A DNA stretch of 52,315 nt from Candidatus Bathyarchaeia archaeon (lineage in GTDB: Archaea > Thermoproteota > Bathyarchaeia > Bathyarchaeales > DTEX01), in the NCBI GenBank assembly GCA_038866525.1, contig JAWBZG010000003.1:1-52315 (forward strand). The letters are read 5' to 3'. Below are positions 27,803 through 36,057 of the stretch, in pieces. Below the pieces are notes generated by a model. That model had not been told where the DNA came from, made no database searches, and saw nothing but the letters and a program-made list of their open reading frames with translations. Every line of letters begins with the position of its first letter. The stretch's first letter is position 1. The translations under genes and the position numbers were made by a program.

Positions 27803-28273
27803 GTGTGTGCATCGCCATCTAATGAGCTTGACGAGCTGGATCTTCAGATAATTGAATTGCTACAGGAGGATTCTCGAATAAGCTTTAATAAGATTGCAAG
27901 TAAGCTCGGTATATCCGTTGGGACAGCATATAATCGTGTTAGAAGCCTTGAGGAGAGGGGTATTCTAAGGGGCTATACTGTTATCGTTGACCCAGCGAAG
28001 ATTGGTTATGGGACTATTGCAATTATACTTATTCAGGCTGAGGGCGCGCACCTAGTTGATGTTGAGAATGAGGTTGCTAAAATGGATAATGTGGTTGCGG
28101 TCTACGATATAACTGGAGATTTTGATATAGCTGTGATAGCCAGATTTAAGGATAGATTTGGGCTGAATGCCTTCGTTAAGAAGCTCCTCTCAATGCCGTA
28201 TGTTAAGCGGACGGTTACGAATGTTGTCTTAAATGTCGTGAAGGAAGATTTCAGAGTTAAGATTTCATCCTAA
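27803..28273 (+). CDS. Lrp/AsnC transcriptional regulator
   Basis: LDELD..I..LQED.R, HTH, YDITGDFD, RTVT.VVL..VKED. Confidence 0.92.
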   Translation: MCASPSNELDELDLQIIELLQEDSRISFNKIASKLGISVGTAYNRVRSLEERGILRGYTVIVDPAKIGYGTIAIILIQAEGAHLVDVENEVAKMDNVVAVYDITGDFDIAVIARFKDRFGLNAFVKKLLSMPYVKRTVTNVVLNVVKEDFRVKISS

Positions 28274-28453
28274 AAAGCCTAAGAGATTTTAAAGGTGTGT
28301 GAAAACCAAGATTATAGAAGGCTGTTGGAGAACACTGCGTATACCGCTAACGATACTCTTCTATTTCGCATTGACCTTCTATAGCTCAAAAATGAATTTA
28401 ACTATAGCAAGTTTAAGAGGAAGCAGATGAGACTAGATTAGTGGTTAGCTCTT

Positions 28454-28984
28454 CTATATGACTTTTAGCAAATCTGAGCGAGTTATAATTCCAACTAATT
28501 CGCCCTTACTGACCACTAAGACTCCGGGATGCATCTCTAGTAATGGTCTAATCACACTTATGTCCGTGTCCTCCGACACTGACGGAAAAGGAGGCTCCAT
28601 TATCTTCTCAACCGATTCTTCAGATATGTTTGAGCTTAGATTTCGTATAATTCCTTCCTCAGTTATCATGCCAACGACCTTATTTCCATCGACTACCGGT
28701 AATTGTGAAATACCGTATCTTACCATTATTTCACTAACTTTCTTTATCTTTTCTTTAGGTGTCGTCGTTATGACTTCTCGTGTCATAATATCTCTGCACT
28801 TCTTTCCACGCTTACTAGTTAGTATCTGCAGTATCTTATTAACCGTTGATAATCGGGGGTCAACTTTCCCGCTTTCTATCTTAGCTATATGCGCCTGTGA
28901 AACCCCAACCATCTTCGCTAGCTGACTCTGAGTTAATCCAGCCTCAATTCTCATTTTTTTAATTAATGAACCAGTTATTATCAA
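28454..28984 (-). CDS. XRE-type HTH + CBS-pair transcriptional regulator
   Basis: GLTQSQLAKMVGVSQAHIAKIESGKVDPRLST followed by CBS motifs (ISQLPV, GIITRSDLL). Likely start TTG 28984. Confidence 0.9.
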   Translation of the reverse strand: MIITGSLIKKMRIEAGLTQSQLAKMVGVSQAHIAKIESGKVDPRLSTVNKILQILTSKRGKKCRDIMTREVITTTPKEKIKKVSEIMVRYGISQLPVVDGNKVVGMITEEGIIRNLSSNISEESVEKIMEPPFPSVSEDTDISVIRPLLEMHPGVLVVSKGELVGIITRSDLLKVI

Positions 28985-29181
28985 AATATAATCCCCGGTT
29001 ATAATCTCAATAAACAAGATACGCGAGGCAATATTTATCCTTTATCAAGACGAATTGATATAATTGTTTAGTTATCTTTTTGGGCTTATGCATATTTTTA
29101 CATATTTTTTCGGCTTATTATACCAAAAAATATATATGAGGTCGCATTGATAATCTTTGAAGCGTCGAGGGATAGCATGAA

Positions 29182-30399
29182 ATGGGAACTAGAAATATAT
29201 CCGTTATGTTCTCGAGGAATACGCCGCTAGAGGAGCAAGAAATTGAGATAGTGGAGAGGAAGGGTTTAGGTCACCCAGACACCATATGTGATGCAATAAT
29301 GGACGAGGTCTCAGTAAATCTCTGCAAAGAGTACCTTGAGAAAGTTGGGGCAATAATGCATCATAATATTGACAAGTCTCTTTTAGTAGCTGGTGAAGTT
29401 GAGGTAAGGTTCGGCGGAGGGGTTGTTAAGAAGCCAATGAAGCTCATATTTGGTGACAGAGCAACATTTGAGGCTGGAAATGTTAAGATTCCGGTTTCCG
29501 AGATAGCTATTGAAACGGCTAAAAATTGGTTTAGGAGAAACCTTAGGTTCGTTGATCCAGACAAACATGTAACATATCAGGTTGAAATACAGCCGGGTTC
29601 ACAAGCGCTCACAGACATTTTTAGGCGTGGTGGAAAGATGCTTGAGGCAAACGATACTTCAGCCGCTGTTGGATGGGCCCCGTTGACAAAAACAGAGAAA
29701 ACTGTTTTAGAGCTGGAGAAGTACCTTAACTCTAAAGAATTTAAGAGAAGATTTCCTGAGACTGGGGAAGACATCAAAGTCATGGCTTTTAGAAGAAACA
29801 GGGAGCTAAAATTAACTGTTTCGATGGCTTTTGTGGACAGGTTCATAACTGATGAAAAACATTATTTTGAGAGGAAAGAAGAGGTTCTCAGCAATATGAG
29901 AGAGTTCATTAATAGAAGGAACTATGGTTTCGACGAGGTTCACATAGAGTTAAACACCCTAGATGCGCCTGGCAGAGGTATCAACGGAGTTTATTTGACA
30001 GTTCTTGGGACAAGTGCTGATGGGGCTGATTCGGGGCAAGTTGGTAGAGGAAATAGGGTTAATGGGCTTATATCGCTTAATAGGCCTCAGTGTTCAGAAG
30101 CTGCTGCTGGTAAGAATCCGGTTAGCCACGTTGGCAAAATATACAATTTATTGACCCATAGAATCGCTGAGAAAATTTATAGTGAGGTAAACGATGTAAA
30201 AGAGGTTTATGTTTGGATGTTGAGCAAAATTGGTCAGCCGGTAGATCAGCCAGTTATAATTGCTGTACAACTAATAACCGCATCAGAATCTTGCTTCAAC
30301 GCTATAAAGAAGCGGGTTGAAGAGATAGTCAGCTATGAGCTTGAAAACCTAGATAGATTTATCATGGATCTCGTCTATGGAAAAATACCGGTGTGTTAA
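29182..30399 (+). CDS. mat: S-adenosylmethionine synthetase (archaeal type)
   Basis: VERKGLGHPD, ANDTS, GEDIKVM, GQVGRGNR, EAAAGKNPVSHVGKIY. Confidence 0.96.
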   Translation: MGTRNISVMFSRNTPLEEQEIEIVERKGLGHPDTICDAIMDEVSVNLCKEYLEKVGAIMHHNIDKSLLVAGEVEVRFGGGVVKKPMKLIFGDRATFEAGNVKIPVSEIAIETAKNWFRRNLRFVDPDKHVTYQVEIQPGSQALTDIFRRGGKMLEANDTSAAVGWAPLTKTEKTVLELEKYLNSKEFKRRFPETGEDIKVMAFRRNRELKLTVSMAFVDRFITDEKHYFERKEEVLSNMREFINRRNYGFDEVHIELNTLDAPGRGINGVYLTVLGTSADGADSGQVGRGNRVNGLISLNRPQCSEAAAGKNPVSHVGKIYNLLTHRIAEKIYSEVNDVKEVYVWMLSKIGQPVDQPVIIAVQLITASESCFNAIKKRVEEIVSYELENLDRFIMDLVYGKIPVC

Positions 30400-30639
30400 G
30401 GGGATAAAACGCTATATCTCTAAAAATTCAATAAAAATTGAGAAAAGTGAAAATTTATTTCAGGCACCATAAGATTCTCCGCCCACATCTCTTATTTTCA
30501 CGCGTCTTTTCTTTCCCTATACCTCTAGGGCTACTTTGAATCTTTCAGTTACGCAGCCGCTCTTAAGGGAAATTAAAAGTCCAAGCTAAGCATAGTCTTT
30601 TATACTCCCTAGAAGATAAAAATGTTTTCAGTGATATAT

Positions 30640-30879
30640 ATGAAGGCGTATATTCTTGTGAACTCCGAGCCAGGGATGATATGGAAGGTTGCTGAGGCGG
30701 CGCTAAAGGTTGAGGGAGTTAAGGAGGCTTACGCTGTAACTGGGCAGTTTGATGACATAATTCAGGTGGAATTTGAGAAAATGGAGAATCTTGGAGTGAT
30801 TATCGAGAAGATCCAAAGCATAAGGGGAGTTATCAGAACGCAGACCCTAATAGTGATACCGCCGCCGATTAGGGAATGA
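30640..30879 (+). CDS. Stand-alone Lrp/AsnC ligand-binding domain protein
   Basis: MKAYILV...PG, VTGQFD, I.GVIRTQTLI. Confidence 0.85.
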   Translation: MKAYILVNSEPGMIWKVAEAALKVEGVKEAYAVTGQFDDIIQVEFEKMENLGVIIEKIQSIRGVIRTQTLIVIPPPIRE

Positions 30880-30903
30880 TGCAGCTATTATAAAGCATAG
30901 CGT

Positions 30904-32271
30904 TCAATTTAACCCTCTTTCCCGCCTTTCCTGAATTGTCTTTTCTATGGCTAACTTAACTTGCTCAATGGCGGTGCCGAGATAATTTTTCGGATCTAAA
31001 GCCTCATCTATTTCTCTCTCTGTTAAAAATTTTCTAATTACCTCATTGCTTATGAGAACTTCTCTGAAGGGCTTTTTTTCGAAGGCGCTTTTGATCGCCA
31101 TTTGTCTCAAAATTTCATGCGCCTCCTGCCTGCTCATCCCTTTCTTTACGAGGGCTATCATAACTGCCTCTGAGAGCGCTCTTCCCTGGGTTAAACCTAT
31201 ATTTTTAAGCATTTTCTCTTCGTCGACCTCGAGATTCGATAGAACCCAAATCATTAGGCTCAGCATATAGTCCACTAGTATGCACGCCTCAGGTATGATA
31301 AATCTTTCAGCCGATGACTGCGTTAAGTCTCTTTCATGCCATGTTGGAATATTTTCTAGCGCTGGAATAACAAGGCTCCTAACAACCTTCGCTAAACCAC
31401 ATATTCTTTCACATATCTCTGGATTACGTTTATGGGGCATCGTTGAGCTGCCAACTTGCTTTCCCTTCTCAAATGGCTCAAAAACCTCAGCTATTTCAGT
31501 CCTTTGCAATTCCCTTATCTCTATGGCAAACTTGTCCAGCGTTGAGGCTAACATCGCTAATAGGCATATTAGCTCAGCATGTATGTCACGTGATATTATC
31601 TGCGTTGTAATATCTGCTGGCTTAAGCCCAAGTCTCTCCATAACAAGCTCCTGTATTTTCATGGCATTTGAGCCAAGCCCGGCTTGAGTTCCAACAGCGC
31701 CAGTTATCTTACCAACTAAGATACGTTTCTTGCTCTCTCTCAGCCTTTGAATATACCTAGAGATCTCACGCATCCAGCCCGCCATCTTAAACCCGAAAGT
31801 TATTGGCAGCGCATGCTGGCCGTGAGTGCGCCCCATCATCACGGTGTCTTTATAGCGATCAGATAAATTAAGCAAAATCAGCTCTAAATCGTTAAGGCGG
31901 CGTTCGATCACATCCAGCGCCTCCTTAAGCTGTAGGGCTCTGGCAGTATCGACGACATCATAGCTTGTTATGCCGAGATGCACATATGCGCCGCTTGAGC
32001 CGCAAACCTCAGCTAAGGCTTTGACGAGAGCCATAACATCATGCCTAATCTCCTTCTCAATCTCTTTTATCCGGCTCACCTTAACGTATTTTGTCGACGC
32101 CATCTCCATTATTTTCTCAGCGGCTTCTTTCGGGATTTCGCCAACCTCGCTCTGAGCCCACGCTAATGCGGCTTCAACATCAAGCATCTTTTGAACATAA
32201 TTCTCTTCCTCGAAGATCTTGAGCATCTCCGGGGTACCATAACGCCCGGAATCAATAGGTAGAATCGGCAT
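30904..32271 (-). CDS. purB: Adenylosuccinate lyase
   Basis: RHDVMA, TSYD, GRTHGQHA, GSSTMPHKRNP, WHERD. Confidence 0.95.
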   Translation of the reverse strand: MPILPIDSGRYGTPEMLKIFEEENYVQKMLDVEAALAWAQSEVGEIPKEAAEKIMEMASTKYVKVSRIKEIEKEIRHDVMALVKALAEVCGSSGAYVHLGITSYDVVDTARALQLKEALDVIERRLNDLELILLNLSDRYKDTVMMGRTHGQHALPITFGFKMAGWMREISRYIQRLRESKKRILVGKITGAVGTQAGLGSNAMKIQELVMERLGLKPADITTQIISRDIHAELICLLAMLASTLDKFAIEIRELQRTEIAEVFEPFEKGKQVGSSTMPHKRNPEICERICGLAKVVRSLVIPALENIPTWHERDLTQSSAERFIIPEACILVDYMLSLMIWVLSNLEVDEEKMLKNIGLTQGRALSEAVMIALVKKGMSRQEAHEILRQMAIKSAFEKKPFREVLISNEVIRKFLTEREIDEALDPKNYLGTAIEQVKLAIEKTIQERRERGLN

Positions 32272-32364
32272 TGTTAATGATCCCTCCAATAACATATGCT
32301 CTTAAAAAAGATTTATTAATTCTTCTAACTTTAAAGATTTGATCCCCCTTTTAGGTGAGGATTT

Positions 32365-32634
32365 ATGTTAGGGGAGCTGAATAGGATAGTTGAGGATGCT
32401 ATAGCGGAATACAATAGGTATAGGTCTCCGGAGGTTGAAGCAAGACTAATTTCGATATCGGATGGCGAGATTAAAATCGAGTTTGGTGGAGGCTTATGTT
32501 ATACATGCGGCTTCTACGATTACTTTGAGGACTACAGGATTATCTTAGGGGAGATGGGATTAAAAACCGTGATCTCAAGCATAGAGGAGACCGATGAAGG
32601 GGCAATCGTAACATTTAGGATAGTGGACGCCTAG
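32365..32634 (+). CDS. Small NifU-C-like / CxxC hypothetical protein
   Basis: EYNRYRSPEV, F.G.LCYTCG.YDYFED; RBS GGTGAGG. Confidence 0.65.
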   Translation: MLGELNRIVEDAIAEYNRYRSPEVEARLISISDGEIKIEFGGGLCYTCGFYDYFEDYRIILGEMGLKTVISSIEETDEGAIVTFRIVDA

Positions 32635-32676
32635 TGTAAGCATGGAAGCGAAAGAGAGAGGTGAATGGGGGAAAGA

Positions 32677-34143
32677 ATGGGAGCCATAGCAGCAGTTATT
32701 TCTAAAGATTGCGGAAAAATTAATGCTGCTTTAGAAACTATAAAAATGCTTAGAGCGCTCAAGCATAGGGGTGGGGATGCTTATGGAATATCTACCGATA
32801 GGACGACAATTATTGCAAAAGATTTCAGCGAGATGGAGGGGTTGATAAATGCTAAATCAAGCATAGCGTTAGGCTACAATTTTAGCCGCATCTTCCCAAA
32901 GGATATCCCGCAGCCCATTGAGTGTAAAGGCTGCAAATTATCTTTTGAGGGAAGGATTTTTTCTCCATTTTGCCTAGAGGCGAAAGACGTCGTTGACCTG
33001 CTGGAGCAATTTGGTGAAATTAAAGAGTTTGCAAAGCACATTATTGGGAGAATGGATGGCTCGTTTTCGTTTGCCGCGGTTGAGAACAACAAGCTCATTG
33101 TTGGAAGGGATTCAATGGGGTCAAAACCACTTTATTTTTGTGAAAATGAAAGGTTTTTCGCCTTAGCCTCAGAGCGAAAAGCGCTATGGGTTCTTGGAAT
33201 AAACAATGGTAGCGTAAGGTCTTTTCCACCTGGGAGCTTGGCGGAGATAACGAAAGATGGCGTAATAATAGAGATCGTTAGGGTTTTAGGAAGGCCCAAA
33301 GTAGAGCCTATTGACGAGAATACAGCTATAGAGAGATTACATGGCATGATCCTAAAATCCATTAGGGAGAAGACATGTAACCTAAGAAGCGTTTCAGTGG
33401 GGTTTTCCGGAGGCTTAGATAGCAGCATAATAGCTGCGTTGGCTAAAGAAGCCGGTGTAAGCGTGCTTTTAATATCGGTTGGATTAGAGGGCTCAAAGGA
33501 GATAGAGCAGGCTGAGAAGGCTGCTAGGGATATTGGTTTACCGCTTAAGGCTGAAATATATTCGATTGAAGATGTTGAGGAGGCTTTACCTAGGGTCTTA
33601 TGGCTGATTGAGGAGGCTAACGCTTTAAAGGCATCGATCTTCATCCCAATATACTGGGCTGCTGAGGTATCATCTAAACTAAATAATCGAGTAATGCTTT
33701 CTGGGCAAGGAAGCGATGAGATTTTTGCGGGATATTATAAGTACTTAAGAGAACTTGAGTTTTCGGCGGAAAAAGTGGAGCAATCTCTACATGGTGATGT
33801 GTTAAGATTGCATGAGAGTACGCTTGAGCAAGAGGAAAAAATATGTTCATTTCATGGAATAGACGTCAGATTTCCATTTGTAGACTATGACCTAGCATCT
33901 TTTGCTCTAAGTCTGCCAATAACCTTGAAGATAGCATCCCGAGACGATCCATTGAGAAAAAGGATCCTGAGAAAACTCGCTGAACGAATCGGTTTACCGG
34001 CAGACATTTATCTTAAACCTAAAAAGGCCATTCAATATGGGACCGGAGTGAGCAAAGCATTAAAAAAGATTGCAAGAAAGAAGGGGTTGTCTACACAAGC
34101 CTTTGTCGAGAAGATATTTGATGAAATAAGGTGGGCGCAATGA
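32677..34143 (+). CDS. Asparagine synthetase B-like amidoligase
   Basis: HRG.D, GRD.MG.KPL, ASERKAL, FSGGLDSS, SGQGSDE.FAGY, PKKAIQYG. Confidence 0.88.
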   Translation: MGAIAAVISKDCGKINAALETIKMLRALKHRGGDAYGISTDRTTIIAKDFSEMEGLINAKSSIALGYNFSRIFPKDIPQPIECKGCKLSFEGRIFSPFCLEAKDVVDLLEQFGEIKEFAKHIIGRMDGSFSFAAVENNKLIVGRDSMGSKPLYFCENERFFALASERKALWVLGINNGSVRSFPPGSLAEITKDGVIIEIVRVLGRPKVEPIDENTAIERLHGMILKSIREKTCNLRSVSVGFSGGLDSSIIAALAKEAGVSVLLISVGLEGSKEIEQAEKAARDIGLPLKAEIYSIEDVEEALPRVLWLIEEANALKASIFIPIYWAAEVSSKLNNRVMLSGQGSDEIFAGYYKYLRELEFSAEKVEQSLHGDVLRLHESTLEQEEKICSFHGIDVRFPFVDYDLASFALSLPITLKIASRDDPLRKRILRKLAERIGLPADIYLKPKKAIQYGTGVSKALKKIARKKGLSTQAFVEKIFDEIRWAQ

Positions 34144-35192
34144 GGACGGCAATAATATATTCGCCTATATACTTGGAGCATAAAACCGGAAAAGATCATC
34201 CTGAAAAACCTCAGCGCTTAGCAGCGATAATAAGCGGTATAATGAGAGAGGAGCGATTATTAAGTAAAATTGCCTTTGTTAACCCCCGACTTCTAGAATT
34301 AGATGAACTGCTATTAGTGCATACTAAAGAATACGTCGATAGAGTTAGGGATATTTGTGATTCAGGCGGCGGATTCATAAATGATGAAACCCCATTATCA
34401 AAGGAAAGCTTTAACGTTGCAAGGCTAGCCGCTGGGGGAGCAGTTAAAGCTGTAGAGGAGGTTTTTTCAGGAAACTTTAATAATGCTTTCGTATTAGCTA
34501 GACCACCAGGGCATCATGCAGGGCCAGGGTATGGGCTTGGTTTCTGCATCTTCAACAATATTGCCTTAGCTGCGAAGTATCTTATTGAGAGAAAACGCTT
34601 GAGGAGAGTGCTGATTCTGGATATAGATGCTCATCATGGAAATGGGACTCAAGACATCTTTTACGACGCCGATGAAGTTCTATATGTGAGCGTACACGAG
34701 GATCCAACCGATTTCCCTAAGACAGGGTTTATTTGGGAGGTTGGGGTTGAGGAGGGTAGAGGATACACTGTTAACATTCCGCTTCCATACGGATCTGGTG
34801 ATCCAGCTTTTTGGAAGGCGCTTAAGGCTATAGTTTTGCCGATCTCCATGCAATATGGGCCTCAATTCATATTGATCTCGGCGGGCTTTGATGGCTACTA
34901 TAGAGATCCGGTATCTGATCTATTGTTGTCCGCCCACATATACCCTAAGATTTTTCAGTTGATCCTTAATTTAGCGGATAAACTGTGCGGTGGAAAGCTT
35001 GTAGCTGTCCTTGAGGGAGGATACAATCTCTGGTTTCTGAGGAGAGTTGTTGCATCCTGCATAGCGAGAATGGTTGGAATGAACTTGGAAATCAGGGACA
35101 GATATCCTCCAATAAATTTGATAGCCCAGAGAGAAGCAAATAAAGTGATCGAAGCGGTGAGGAGGTTTCAGTCGAGGTATTGGTCTCTATAA
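34140..35192 (+). CDS. Histone deacetylase family (Zn acetyl-amidohydrolase)
   Basis: HPE.P.RL, RPPGHHA, GFC.FNN, D.DAHHGNGTQ, SAGFD, LEGGY. Confidence 0.93.
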   Translation: MRTAIIYSPIYLEHKTGKDHPEKPQRLAAIISGIMREERLLSKIAFVNPRLLELDELLLVHTKEYVDRVRDICDSGGGFINDETPLSKESFNVARLAAGGAVKAVEEVFSGNFNNAFVLARPPGHHAGPGYGLGFCIFNNIALAAKYLIERKRLRRVLILDIDAHHGNGTQDIFYDADEVLYVSVHEDPTDFPKTGFIWEVGVEEGRGYTVNIPLPYGSGDPAFWKALKAIVLPISMQYGPQFILISAGFDGYYRDPVSDLLLSAHIYPKIFQLILNLADKLCGGKLVAVLEGGYNLWFLRRVVASCIARMVGMNLEIRDRYPPINLIAQREANKVIEAVRRFQSRYWSL

Positions 35193-35201
35193 CCTAATCT
35201 A

Positions 35202-35384
35202 CTATTCTGTGATCGTTATGGCATTATTTGGACATTGGGTCTCACAAGCTCTACAGAGAAGACAGGCATCAACATTGACCGCAACGGATTTTCCTTCTCT
35301 CAGCTCATAGACACCTGCTGGGCAAACGTCGACGCAGTTACCGCAGCCAGTACATTTCTCTACATCTACATCTATTTTAACCAT
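35202..35384 (-). CDS. 2[4Fe-4S] ferredoxin
   Basis: CTGCGNCVDVCP and CLLCRACETQCP in 60 aa. Confidence 0.93.
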   Translation of the reverse strand: MVKIDVDVEKCTGCGNCVDVCPAGVYELREGKSVAVNVDACLLCRACETQCPNNAITITE

Positions 35385-35507
35385 CGCTAGGACACTCCGA
35401 ATATTTTTCCAAAAGATAGATTGAAGAAAAATAAAAGTTTTATGGATTAAAGCAGCTTTCTAATAGGTAAACAGGATTTATCGGAGAATAAGATTTTAAT
35501 CTGCTGA

Positions 35508-35961
35508 TCACCGCTTATCACAAATGTTTTTCTCCGCTTGCGATAGGAATTTAGACGCTTTTTCTAACGCCTCCTGCCCGGTAAAGATCCAGAACTCCTC
35601 ACGCACTATATTGGTTGAATGCATAGATTCCTCATACTTTTTCTGAAGATTGGAAATCAGGGTGTAAAAGGCTTCTCTGAATTACTTTCTGCGCCTCAAG
35701 AATAGGCTTAAAGGCTTCTTTAGGCGGCAAAGCGATATAACATCTGGGTTTTAGTGGGATCTCGCTTACTGTGCCTATCTCAACCAATCTTTCTAATACT
35801 TTATATATTTTCGTTCTCAGAACATTTGACAGCGCACTTATTTTTGTAGCTGTGGAAGGACCTTCGCTCAGCAAAATCTCATAAACTCTTTTCTCATAAT
35901 CTGAAAGCCTTAGATACATGTCAGAAATCTTTTGCAATAACTGGTTTACCTGTTCTGTCAT
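35508..35961 (-). pseudogene. TrmB-family regulator, frameshifted and truncated
   Basis: TrmB HTH (LSDYE.RVY..LL, R.KIY.VL..L...G.V) runs to the stop at 35632. A shifted frame continues LQKKYEE...EEFWIFTG.E...AEKNI and stops at 35508. Confidence 0.7.
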
Positions 35962-36057
35962 AAATTGGGGCTTAAACCAAAAAGATAATATTGTTTATGG
36001 CGACTTCTAACTCCGAACTTGATTAAACATTATTCCCTATAAAATAATTTTGGTCAG

